DNA of 64,000 nt from Eledone cirrhosa. Lineage: Eukaryota. The notes under the pieces are model-generated. The model did not search any database and was not told where the DNA came from. It worked only from the letters and a program-made list of their open reading frames with translations. Shown piece by piece: positions 52,981 to 64,000 of this stretch (position 1 is its first letter; the number at the start of each line of letters is the position of its first letter). The stretch lies in assembly GCA_964016885.1 (NCBI GenBank), contig OZ024743.1:103044001-103108000 (forward strand). Direction: 5' to 3'. The translations under genes and the position numbers were made by a program.

Positions 52981-53859
52981 GATTTGCTCCTACAACTCCA
53001 TTTCGATTATCTTCTGAACTACGACTCCTTTGACGTGTCGATTTTATGACAAAAAAAGAAAAATGGCGCCAAATTACTATTTCAATATCTTCCTTGCTTA
53101 TAATGTTCATCTCTCAACTGTCGTTACTATCTTAGCCCATAAATCAAAGAGCTAGCTCCAAATAGATTTTCCGTCCTGTTTAATTTCATCACAACCGATA
53201 CTCCCATTTCTTTAAATGGTCCTCTTTGAACTACAGAATAATTCCCTCTCAGCCAATGACATTTCTTACTCCTGCAGTACCATAAATACACAAAGCCCTT
53301 TGGCTACTATCCACTTCAATTCCTCCTACTTCCCTTCTACACAAATATACCTAAATATACTTATTTTGTTAGTTCATTATTCTCTGAAGATTCGCCGACG
53401 ATAAACATAATTCGAATCAGGGAATAGAGAAAATATCTATTTATCCAGCTGTGTGTGTGTGTGTAGTATATGTTTGTGGTATATTCATTCTCGGGGAAAA
53501 GAAAGAAGAGCTTTTTTATGCAGCTGTGGCTTTTCCCCCATAAAAATGAAAAATAAATTTAGATTCTAATAACTGTTTCTACTTTTGGCACAAGGCCAGC
53601 AATTATCCCTGTACATTACTGGTACTTTATTTTATCGACCCCGTAAGGATGAAAGGCAAAGTTAACCTCGGCAGGATTTGAACTGAGAATGGCAAGGGAC
53701 GTAACTCCATGCTTGTTTAATATCAAGCTGCCAACAAGTCTATTATATTGGACAAGAATGAAGAATATCGTGACTAACCATTATATAAATTTCAACTTGG
53801 TATAGTATAGTATAGTATAGTATAGTATAGTATAGTATAGTATAGTATAGTAAAGTATA

Positions 53860-53910
<51 letters not shown>

Positions 53911-53913
<3 letters not shown>

Positions 53914-55383
53914 TCACTCTATATATAAAACGGTAAATGTCTGTCTGTGTGTGTGTATGATCTTTATGCATTTCCACATTTCTCTACCGATTTTGATGAA
54001 TTTTTTTCCAATGTGCTCCAAATTAACCAAGGCAGGTCAAGGCATAATTATTTTTGCAAGGAATTTCCTGCTTCTATGAAAAGAAATCGATAAAACTAAA
54101 TACATGCTGTAACCCTCTCTCTTACACGTTTCATTCCTCTCACTACTACCATCAAAATATATGGAACTACATACATGTTGAAACTCTCTTTAAAAGGTTC
54201 ATCTTTTCCTCTACTCCACTCTCAATCTCCTCTGCAACTCTCTTTAAAAGGTTCATCACTCTCTCTACTCCCCGCCCCCTCAATCTCCTCTGCAACTCTC
54301 TTTAAAAGGTTACTGCCTCCGTCTACTACCCTATCACCATTACAGTTTAGAACAACGACAAAACTTCTTTTGAAGGAACGCGACACAACTTTGAAACCTA
54401 AGCAACAAACAGTCATAACTACACTCATACATCAAATATCAAAATTTAAAAAGCCGATAACACTAAATACATACGGCTCTCTCAACGTTACATTTTACAT
54501 CAAATAAAAAAATATTCAAAAGCAACAGATGAATTTATAAAACAACAAACATAATTCAACAAACATAATTCAACAAACATAATTTAACTGCTTTACTCTC
54601 TCTGTCGCTTTTCACTCCCTATATGACAACACTGCAGAGAGAGAAACAATGTATATGATCAAATGGAGCGTTCCGTATATTCCCCCTCTCTATAATTTAA
54701 ATGCTTTACTCTCTCTGTCGCTCTTCACTCACTATATGACAACACTGCAGTGGAGCGTTCCGTATTGGCATACGGCTTATCTGGGGCATTTTCAATCGGC
54801 TTATTGCAAACAACAACCCGCAAAATACCACTTCATATAACAGATTAATGCTATAGACATATGAATGGGAATGTAACCCGTGAACTTTTTCCTGGGAAAA
54901 ATTATTCGAACAGACATGACCTCATTGCCAGAGTGTTCAGACTGAAACTGGCTAATCTCCCATGGCCAACTTTATGTTGCCTGTTCCCGCGTAGGGAGCA
55001 GGAATGGACTTTTTGCTTATACACCTCAAGGGATGACATGCAATATCGTCTACAAAGAGGTGCTATAGATGTTGGTGCAGGTGTTGGAGGTGTTGGAGCT
55101 ATGCCGTCTGGAAAACTGGTAGGGTCACCCATAGCGGACATATCTGACACCCAGCGGTATCGGGGCCACCATCTTGCAACTTTGGTCTACTAAATTCGCT
55201 ATTGGAAGATTATTAACCCATCATTGATTGTCCAAAATGCTAATTGGTTCGTAACTATTAATAACCGGTTCAACTGTTTTTGCACTTAATTGATAAGCTT
55301 ATGCGCTTTCAAGCTACATTTACCTGTATGTAACTTTTCATAGCAAATGAACAAACCCGAACAACGCCGGGATAAACTGCTAG
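53911..55383 (+). mobile_element. Internally deleted Helitron retaining RepHel fragments
   Basis: 5' TC; 3' hairpin CCCGAACAACGCCGGG plus CTAG; Rep fragment RHDLIARVFRLKL fused to helicase end SHGQLYVACSRVG...NIVYKEVL* (about 54880-55068). Confidence 0.88.
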
Positions 55384-55568
55384 TATATATATATATATAT
55401 ACAATAATGAGAAATACACAGATACATGCGAATACATACATATACATGCATATACACACATATATCCCTGAAATTGTGTGGTGTCAACCTTAACCGTTGT
55501 TGATCTGTGATTAAGAGGGACAAAATAATCTGAATGAATTAATTTGACTCTATATCAGAGCTATATAA

Positions 55569-55919
55569 TCATTATCTATAAAAGACAGATTGTTGTTGTT
55601 GTTGTGTGTGTGTGTGCATGTTCCATGTTTATACATTTGCACAATTTCAAACCGATTCGACTCAAAGTCTATATAAATGTTGTAAATGATTTAAGTTAGG
55701 TCAACGACTATTTACTTTTTTCCAACTCACCCAAAAGTACGGAAATAATAGATAAAACTAAATACATGACGCTTTACCCATCTAATACAATCTGAAGTCC
55801 TCTCTCTAGTCCCTTTAAAATTCGATAAAACTACATACATGCTGCAACTTTCTCTTATATACGCTTAAAATTACAAACTTCCTTTAAGAACTCGGAAGAA
55901 AGAAGAGAGAAAGAAATGA

Positions 55920-55985
<66 letters not shown>

Positions 55986-56675
55986 ATTTGTTTTTGAGTG
56001 TGGAACGGTCAAACATTTATTTACTTCAATGACAACGAAGTCATCATTGTCAATACCAAACAACAATTATTCAAAAGCAACAGATAAATTTATTCAACAA
56101 CAAAAAAAAATAGCGATAAATCTTTTTTAAAACATCTCTCAACGAACGTGGAAGAAAGAAGTATCAGTATATTTACTATACACAATAATATCCTCTATGA
56201 GGTCACTAAACCTGCTAGAAACAGCAGCTAATTCTCCCCTATATCACACCACTCCCTACTGTCTTAAATTTAGAAAAGACATATCCTCTATTAGGTCACT
56301 AAACCTGTTAGAAACAGCAGCTAACTCTCCCCCATATCACACCCCTCCCTACTGTCTTAAATTTAGAAAACACACATTAGACGAACAACTCCATGCAGAA
56401 CAATTCCATCGCAGCTCTGTTGTTCGGCTGGCATCGTCTACGCGCGTGTTGCGCAAGTACCGTGAAACAATAAATTTCAACACTTCTTTGCACAGAAATA
56501 ATATCCATAGGCAAAACTACAATTGTCACTGCTGGCGCAGCTCCTGCTTCGGCAGTCCAGGTCTGCAATTCATTCACCCAGTGCCTGGCAGACAAAAAAG
56601 TGCTGCCATAAAATGGGTGGTGCAACCAAACTTTGGTAACTTACTGACCCGAGCAACGCTGGGCTTTAATGCTAG
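55569..56675 (+). mobile_element. Non-autonomous Helitron inserted in a foldback element
   Basis: TC start; CCCGAGCAACGCTGGG hairpin plus CTAG end; A|T insertion with no duplication, confirmed by an empty site at about 59374; carries a ~90-bp tandem duplication at 56188-56370. Confidence 0.85.
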
Positions 56676-56676
56676 T

Positions 56677-57041
56677 ACATTATAAAGAAAGAAGAACCAT
56701 TAGACATAAATAAATAAATAAATACCTATTATTTCTTTACATTCTCGACTGTAGAGTTTCGCGGCTACTTTACTAAAACCCTATATCATAGAAATATAGT
56801 ATTCTTGTGAGGTTTGCTAGCTTATCAAGAGAATTCCCGGAATTCTCTCTCACGCGTTGCGGAGGTGTTTTGAAACTTTAAATGAGGTATTCTCTTGATA
56901 AGATGGCAAACCTCACTAGAATACTATATCTCTATGATATAGGGTTTTTGCAAAGTAGCCGCGAAACTGTACAGTCGAGAATGTGAAGAAATAATAGGTA
57001 TTTATTTATTTATGTCTAATGTTTCTTCTTTCTTTATAATG

Positions 57042-57045
<4 letters not shown>
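56677..57045. repeat. Inverted repeat (~155-bp arms) of a hammerhead-bearing family
   Basis: Arms 56677-56834 and 56889-57045; family also present at 55395-55568 and 59206-60265. Confidence 0.88.
56889..56982 (+). ncRNA. Type I hammerhead ribozyme, U3-A8 variant with extended stem II (mirror 56741-56834 on -)
   Basis: ATTCTC-TTGATAA-G.TGGC...GCCGC-GAAA-CTGTACAG-TC-GAGAAT; perfect 6-bp stem I and GUC triplet. Confidence 0.75.
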
Positions 57046-57103
<58 letters not shown>

Positions 57104-57104
57104 A

Positions 57105-58230
57105 GGAACTAAGACATCCAGGAACTCAGATACCCCAAACCATGGAATGAACCGCAACAAAAAACTCTACCATACATCTCCACACACAACCCCCTCAACA
57201 TTGAGGCATTCGACACCATCCTCCGGAACATTGCTTTACTAAAAAGAGACCCAAGAATAAACAAACTCCTCCAAACACACAACATCATAAAGACCAAAAG
57301 ACAACCTAAATCCATAAAAATGATCCTCACACAAGCTAAAATCCAACAAACCCACACAATGAACCCAACAGTAACAAAATGCGGAAGGCCCAACTGTGGC
57401 ATATGCATAAATCTAATAGAAGGTTCAACATTCCATTTTAAACAATGACAGCGTTACACAGTTAAACACAACTTTACATGTGTATCTGAAAACCTTATCT
57501 ACGTTTTGACCTGCTCAGGTTGTCAAGAGGACAGACAAAAAACAGCCTCCGTCGACGTATGACCGTCCATAAATCACAAATTAAAATACAGGAATACAGT
57601 AAGATTACATTTAGTGAACATATCGCCAGTTGTGCTCACAACCAACATCCAAACTTTAAAATTTTCCCCATTTACAAATTCATAGACAACGCTACTTTCA
57701 TCCAATGTACCAATAAGGAAACATATTTCATTAATAAATTCCAACCCCTACTTAATGCTCTAAAATTCGGACCAATCTAAAGCTGCAACAAACAATCACA
57801 CATTTACAAGAGTTACCTCTCTCACACCCTAACTAATCCTTTTTCTTAAATAAATTAAATATCATCCACCAAGAATTGCTTCCCCCTGCATATTAACTCT
57901 CTAAAAAGGGAAATCATATCAAACCTCAGTCCATCATTTGGCTCCATCAGAGAATCATGGATCAACTAAGCCCCCTTGCTATATTAACACATTTTGATCT
58001 GCTTAACTTCAATAACTATGCCTGTAAATAACATTATTTTTTATTCCATATTGACTGTTTATGCTCTACATTATGCAGGTTTTTTTTCCTTTTTCTTTTT
58101 TCTTTTCACTTCATAAACCTTGTTTGTAAATAACATTATTCGTTCTGCACCTTCTGTTTAACATGTGCGACACCACACATTTCACTATCATTTGATAATG
58201 CATAAAAATGCTGAAACAGGTAATAGACAA
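57105..58230 (+). mobile_element. 5'-truncated decayed PLE (Zn-knuckle linker and GIY-YIG)
   Basis: CGRPNCGIC, FTCVSENLIYVLTCSGC, GQTKNSLRRRMTVH, FSEH, ETYFINKFQPLLN (to 57780); begins directly after (TA)n. Confidence 0.8.
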
Positions 58231-58417
58231 TAATTAAATATATAAATAGATAAATAAATGCCATTGTTAAATAATAAATAAATCAACTAATACCTTAACA
58301 CTTCACACAAAGTAAAACATTTCGTTTTAATCATTTTCTAACCCAGAAAAAAGAGAGAGAGAAACAAAAAAGGAAAAAAAAAATTTTTCTTCCTAATAAT
58401 CATCTCTTTCTCCCTGT

Positions 58418-58457
<40 letters not shown>

Positions 58458-59126
58458 CTGCAGGCACCGAAAGAAACACATACACAGTTATATATTTAAC
58501 TGCAGGCGGCACCGAATACAGGTGTCTTACTTCAGATGGAAATCGACTGAGACATGAAAACCATTAACTGGGTCCCCCTGCCCAAACCATAACACTCCGG
58601 TGGGCAAGCGGCGCAAATAAACATCCGTAAACCAACAATGCATCCCAGACCCTGCTCGATTCGACAATAGTAAAGCAGCACTCACAAAATAGTAACGGGA
58701 AAACACTATCATGTGAACGGGTTAAAAGCAGTATGGGGACGATTGTTCAAACACCGACCAGAGTTACTCCCCTTGCTCTGTGGCAAAAACAACACACGTG
58801 CTTGAACGAAGAATGAACTTTGATGTAGTTTTAGCCTTAAAACCCCTCCTGGGTCATGTACTGAACTTTTTTTGTTTTCTATGCCTTTGAGAAGCCCTTT
58901 TTGGGCGAAACGTAGGTAGGTGCATTTTTATATAAACATGTTTTAACGGTATATTCTCCTTTGTCATCATTCCACTTGTAACCGCTCTGCTTATATTCTC
59001 GCCCACTAGATATTAACGCTTCTAATATTTAACCCTGTAGGCACAAGTATTGAGCATATATGCACAAGCTATTGGCAACTAAATATATGTATCGCTTATC
59101 TCTTCTTCTCTCTCTCTCGATACTTA

Positions 59127-59209
<83 letters not shown>

Positions 59210-59524
59210 ATAAAAAGAAATACACAGATACATGCGAATACATGCATATACATGCATATACACACATATATCACTGAATTTGTGGGGTGCCAACATTAAC
59301 CGTTGTTGCTCTATGATTAATAGGGACAAAATAATCTGAATGAATTAGATTGACTCTATATCAGAGCTATATAATACATTATAAAGAAAGAAGAGACATG
59401 AGACATAAATAAAAAATATAAATATTTATATTTTGTATTTATGTCTAATGTCTCTTCTTTCTTTATATTGTATTATATAGCTCTGATATAGAGTCAATCT
59501 AATTCATTCAGATTATTGTGTCCC

Positions 59525-59712
59525 AGGGCGGTGGATTGGCAGTATCGGTAGAGGGTCTGACGCTATGCTTTGCAGCAAAGAGTTACGCCCCTTTATGGTT
59601 TGAGTTCAAATCCCGCCGAGGTTAACTTTGCCTTTCATCCTTACGGGGTCGATAAAATAAAGTACCAGTAATGCACTGGATAATTGCTGGCCTTGTGCCA
59701 AAAGTAGAAACA
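59525..59712 (+). mobile_element. Full-length MetaSINE-like SINE with 13-bp target-site duplication
   Basis: ATTATTGTGTCCC at 59512-59524 and 59713-59725; A and B boxes present. Confidence 0.88.
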
Positions 59713-60103
59713 ATTATTGTGTCCCTATTAATCATAGAACAACAACGGTTAAGGTTGGCACCCCACAAATTCAGGGATATATGTGTGGATATGCATGTAT
59801 ATGTATGTATTCGCATGTATCTGTGTATTTCTTGTTATTGTCTATAACTCTCTACGGTAAAGTAACCACAGAAGTATAATGACTGCTGTCAAGCTTACAC
59901 TATTTACACTTCTAGCCCTCCTTAGCCACCTCGTCTGTGGCGTAGATATTGATACACCCTCCGCAATTTGTGGTATTTCTCTCTTGGTTGTAAGAGGCTT
60001 AACTCTGTTTCTTGACCGCTGTATCCCGTGATAAGTTTCCCCTCCGCTTTTCCGGGATTCTCTCTCACGCCTTGCGGACGTGTTTTGAAACTCTAAATGA
60101 GCT

Positions 60104-60196
60104 ATTCTCTTGATAAGTTGGCAAACCTCACAAAAATACTGCATCTCTATGATTAATGTTTTTGAAAAGTAGCCACGAAACTGTGCAGTCGAGAAT
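60104..60196 (+). ncRNA. Hammerhead ribozyme, U3-A8 variant (same family as 56889)
   Basis: ATTCTC-TTGATAA-GTTGGC...GCCAC-GAAA-CTGTGCAG-TC-GAGAAT. Confidence 0.72.
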
Positions 60197-60260
60197 GTAG
60201 AGGAATATTCGGTATTTATATTTTTTGTTTATGCCTAATGTCTCTTCTTTCTTTATAATG

Positions 60261-60358
<98 letters not shown>

Positions 60359-60579
60359 CGTTTCTGAATTTGTTTAGCAAGATTCTTTATCTGAAATCGT
60401 GTGTTGAAACCGATATTGTTATACTTTGGGAGGGTCATGTTGCCAATAAGAAACACACGCACCAGTTGCTTTCACTTCAATTTAATTTATTATATATTTA
60501 TAAATTTACAAATTTATAAATTTATAAATTTCTGGTTGGTTGGTTGGTTCCACAACCAGATAGTTGTTTATATATATAT

Positions 60580-60624
60580 AGTCATAGTTCTTTCGTCACA
60601 CACTCTGTGACCTCTTCAGTGACT
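60580..60624 (-). ncRNA. Minimal hammerhead ribozyme in the PLE 3' pseudo-LTR
   Basis: AGTCA-CTGAAGA-G-GTCACA GAGTG TGTGAC-GAAA-GAAC-TA-TGACT; one extra nucleotide after A9. Confidence 0.7.
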
Positions 60625-60921
60625 GGGGATTTCTTTCTTCGTTTCTGTGCCTTTCCTTTCTTCTATCCTACGCCATTTTGTTTGTGTGTGGGTTGCGTGC
60701 TCAGTTTGCGCATGCGCCACATCAGGGTGTCTGTGTGTGTTTGTGTTCATTTTTCTATTTTTCTATTTATATTTGTTTGTTTATTTATTTATTTATTGTT
60801 GGTTGGTTGTTTGTTCTATGTGTGTGTGTGTTTTCATTTTGTCTTGTGTGTGTTTTCATTTTGTGTGTGTTTTCAATTGTAAGTTGTTTGTTCTATGTGT
60901 GTGTGTGTTTTCATTTTGTCC

Positions 60922-63630
60922 TTAATTGTAAGTTGTGATGTTGCTGTTCCACTCATATTTTCTATTTAATTTTGGTTTTAATTCTTTTATGCTTACTGCC
61001 TCTGTAATTTGCCTAAACATTGCGTCTTTCTTGTGTGTGGATTCTATTTTTATTTCTATGCTCTCTAATTTACCCCTGTGTTCTATCTTAGCATGTTGGT
61101 AGAGCACAGATGATTCTTTACTATCTTGGAGGTCTCGCCAGTGTTCATTTATTCGTTCCCCTATACTACGAGCTGTCTCACCTATGTACACTATATTTTT
61201 GTTTCTACATTGTCCTTCAGTACATCTTATGCTATATACTACATTTCTAGTTTTACAGTTAATATGGGGGCTTATTTTACAGGTTATACATTTCTTATCT
61301 ATACATGAGGGTCTTTGGAACGGGTATGTCTTGCTAATAAGTGTTTTTACGGAGGTACCAGGTCTTTCTACTATCTTAATATTGAGGTTATGTTTCTTTA
61401 GGGCCCTTCTAAATTTGTAGGCTAGTTCGCCTCTAGGGGTTGTATTGATGAACATTACACTCTGGTATTTATTGCTATCATACCATGAGTTTATTCTATT
61501 GGCCTTGTTCTTAGTTCTTTCTATTCTATTCCAAAATTTGCTCCTATACAAGGGGCAGGTCCCATTTATGTCATTATTTACCATTTTTTCCCATTTGGTT
61601 CTGGCTCCTTTATACACTCTGATTCTATCTCTCTGATTGTAGCCAGAGAACTGCATACGGTGGATGAAGTGTTGTATGTGTCTCTCTAGTTCTTCGGGGT
61701 TGCACATGCGGGACACATTTCTCATCACCCGTACCAAATCCGCAATCAGTATGTTGATTTTGGTATGGTCCAAAATGGCCGAGTTTCGGTGGATCAGATG
61801 TTTGGAAGTCATGGGTTTGGCATAATGGGAATGGAGGATTTGTTTTTGGTTGTTAATAGTATCTAACCAGAGCTCTGTGTCTAGTACAGGTAATCGATGG
61901 TTGAGGTGTCTACTTGGGTAGTCTATAGTAACTCTAATGCTCTGGTGGATGGAGTTTGCTATTTGCTGGATGCTTTCCATTGTGTTTTTCTCTGGTTCCT
62001 GACTGTTCTTTAGTGGGGGTGTCTTAACTACGATGTTTATATCATCTACGTAGCGGGAGTACATTATCAGGGTTAAGCTGTCTTCTAATTGTTCATTAAG
62101 TTTTTGTTTAAGTCTACTGTCCCACCATACCATGAATAAGTTAGCTATGTCGCCTGCAATGCTAACACCAATGGCTGCTCCTTCCTCTTGGGCATATGTT
62201 TTACCATTAAATTTGAACATATGTTCCTTAAGGGTTAATTTTATGCTGGCCCCTACCGCATGTGCAATCATTTTCTTCAGTTCATCGTGGTTTTCGGGTG
62301 TCCGTATGGCTCTGGTCCACCCGTTCCATCTATCTGTGTGGGTTTTCTTGGCCATTGAGGTAATGGTAGGTGGTCTGCCTCTTGCTGGTCTTGTAGGGCA
62401 CAGGTTGCTAAGGTCATAAGTGTCTAGGTAACTATTACTATGGGTAAGCTTAAGTAGAAGTCCCAGCTCACTGGTATCAATCCCACGGAACTCAACCTTG
62501 CTCTCGCTGATCATTTCGACGCATTTCTCCACAGCAAAATCCACGTTAATAGATGGATACAGGGACACAACATCCATACTGCCTATTATGCAGTTTGTTA
62601 GGTCCCCAGATCGGTTACCCGCGCCGATTCTGCTGAGGAGGTCCTCCGTGCTGTCACACACATCTGGGGACATCTCAATGATGGGGCGTATGATCAGGGA
62701 GAGGAAGTAGGACAGTCTGTAGTTACTAGCAATGTTAGCCCCACAGACTGGCCGTGTTGGTGGTCCCGCGACAGGGTCCCAGCCCGTTTTATGGTCTTTT
62801 CGAAGCCCATACAACGCCGGCACGTCATTGTTCCAGGCCTGGAAGTTGTTGGCAGTCCTTTTCTTGGGCTGCATTATATTTGTCCACATCACCATATGGG
62901 CATTGAGGGTTTTTTCTCTATCCTCATGCTCCTGTGGTGTTACCTCTCTTGTGTTAGTGATGTGGGGTTGCATTGCCTGGATGTAGTTTGGCAGGCTGTC
63001 AACCGACATTTTGCCAGACTTGTCTGTTGGAAAGCATACTATCTCTCCATTACGCGAGCGCTGCATGAGCTTACGCAAGCCATTTGCAGATTCTTCTCCC
63101 AGTTGCTGGGCCTCTATTCTATTATGCTTCTTGCTATACTGTTCTATAATATTTCTAAGTTCGGATTTAGCTATACTAAATTGTGCTTCTGTTTGTTCAT
63201 CGACCTGCGACGGCAACTGCGTGCGTTTGTTAAATGGCAAAGTCGTGGCGTGGACTCGTCGTAGGTCGAATGATTTATCGGAGGGGTTATAAAACGGAGA
63301 GTTCCAGGCTGCTGCTTTATGTGTACTAGTGCTATTGTTATTGTTAGTTGTGTTGTTTCTATTTCCACCAACAGCAGCAGCCTCAGCTTCATGGTTGTTT
63401 CTATGTCTCTCATAATTACTCCTGTCTCTTTCCACTGGCTCAATGTTGATATCTACCCTATTTTGTGTGTCTGTGTGTTCGTCTTGGTTATTCTCTTTGT
63501 CCTTAGTCTCCCATCTCCTTTTCCTTTTAATCCTATTACTTTCTCTTATTTCTCTGATTTCTGTGCTACTGTCATTACTTGTTTTCTGTGTCTGTGTGTT
63601 TGTTAAGATTGTGGTGGTGGTGAGAGGCAT
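60922..63630 (-). CDS. PLE reverse transcriptase / GIY-YIG endonuclease polyprotein (902 aa)
   Basis: PTDKSG, LYGLRKDHK, TRPV, SMDVVSLYPSI, QEEGAAIG, YSRYVDD, LPVLD, Cys-rich linker, NVVYSIRC..YIGETARSIGERINEH, EAVSI, PKLN. Confidence 0.93.
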   Translation of the reverse strand: MPLTTTTILTNTQTQKTSNDSSTEIREIRESNRIKRKRRWETKDKENNQDEHTDTQNRVDINIEPVERDRSNYERHRNNHEAEAAAVGGNRNNTTNNNNSTSTHKAAAWNSPFYNPSDKSFDLRRVHATTLPFNKRTQLPSQVDEQTEAQFSIAKSELRNIIEQYSKKHNRIEAQQLGEESANGLRKLMQRSRNGEIVCFPTDKSGKMSVDSLPNYIQAMQPHITNTREVTPQEHEDREKTLNAHMVMWTNIMQPKKRTANNFQAWNNDVPALYGLRKDHKTGWDPVAGPPTRPVCGANIASNYRLSYFLSLIIRPIIEMSPDVCDSTEDLLSRIGAGNRSGDLTNCIIGSMDVVSLYPSINVDFAVEKCVEMISESKVEFRGIDTSELGLLLKLTHSNSYLDTYDLSNLCPTRPARGRPPTITSMAKKTHTDRWNGWTRAIRTPENHDELKKMIAHAVGASIKLTLKEHMFKFNGKTYAQEEGAAIGVSIAGDIANLFMVWWDSRLKQKLNEQLEDSLTLIMYSRYVDDINIVVKTPPLKNSQEPEKNTMESIQQIANSIHQSIRVTIDYPSRHLNHRLPVLDTELWLDTINNQKQILHSHYAKPMTSKHLIHRNSAILDHTKINILIADLVRVMRNVSRMCNPEELERHIQHFIHRMQFSGYNQRDRIRVYKGARTKWEKMVNNDINGTCPLYRSKFWNRIERTKNKANRINSWYDSNKYQSVMFINTTPRGELAYKFRRALKKHNLNIKIVERPGTSVKTLISKTYPFQRPSCIDKKCITCKISPHINCKTRNVVYSIRCTEGQCRNKNIVYIGETARSIGERINEHWRDLQDSKESSVLYQHAKIEHRGKLESIEIKIESTHKKDAMFRQITEAVSIKELKPKLNRKYEWNSNITTYN

Positions 63631-64000
63631 TGAATGCGTGTGTGTTGTTGTTGTTGATGTGTGTTGTTGTTGATGTGTGTTGTTGTTGTCTCCGTGTGTG
63701 TGTGTGTTATCGTTGTTGTGTGTTGTTATTGTTGTTTGTGTTTGCGTGTCTGTTGTTGTTGTATCTGGGTATGTTGCTATTGTTGTTGTTGTTGATGTGT
63801 GTGTTGTTGTTATTGTTGTCTCCGTGTGTGTTGTTATTATTGTTTGTGTCTGCGTGTCTGTTGTATCTGGGTATGTTGCTATTGTTGTTGTTGTATCTGG
63901 GTATGTTGCTATTGTTGTTGTTATTGTTGTTTGTGTCTGTGTGTCTGTTGTTGTTGGGATGTGTGTTGTATATGTGTGTGCGTATATTGTTGCTTTTGTT

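Larger units (their letters stand above)
59206..60265. mobile_element. Inverted and tandem copies of the hammerhead-bearing family, interrupted by a SINE
   Basis: 59206-59420 is inverted relative to 59430-59524 plus 59713-59840; 60050-60265 repeats 56835-57045. Confidence 0.8.
60360..64000 (-). mobile_element. Penelope-like retroelement with intact ORF and 3' pseudo-LTR
   Basis: RT plus C-terminal GIY-YIG ORF, C/A-rich repetitive UTRs, 3' hammerhead, 3' end abutting (TA)n; the 5' end runs out of the window. Confidence 0.9.

Overview
AT-rich eukaryotic (metazoan) DNA saturated with (TA)n/(CA)n/(CAT)n microsatellites and transposons. The SINE/LINE repertoire and microsatellite load suggest a cephalopod (octopus-like) genome; this is an inference. 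Host content is small: one SOCS-box exon (414-539, +), with a speculative terminal exon at 20453, and an intronless-CDS single-pass membrane protein gene (47424-48320, -) with KCNE-like topology. Mobile DNA comprises a near-full-length CR1-type LINE, many RTE-clade LINE pieces (including a head-to-head pair), a young GC-rich Tx1/L1-clade LINE sitting in (TATC)n, a degenerate CRE-like element, an intact Penelope-like element (PLE) and several PLE remnants, three Helitrons, tRNA-derived SINEs and MITEs. The most notable structure not shown by the ORF track is a recurring set of microsatellite-embedded inverted-repeat (foldback) elements from several unrelated sequence families. Their arms carry hammerhead ribozyme motifs, including U3-A8 core variants, and several are linked to PLE coding remnants. 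All coordinates were read by eye and may be off by a few bases; no database search was run.
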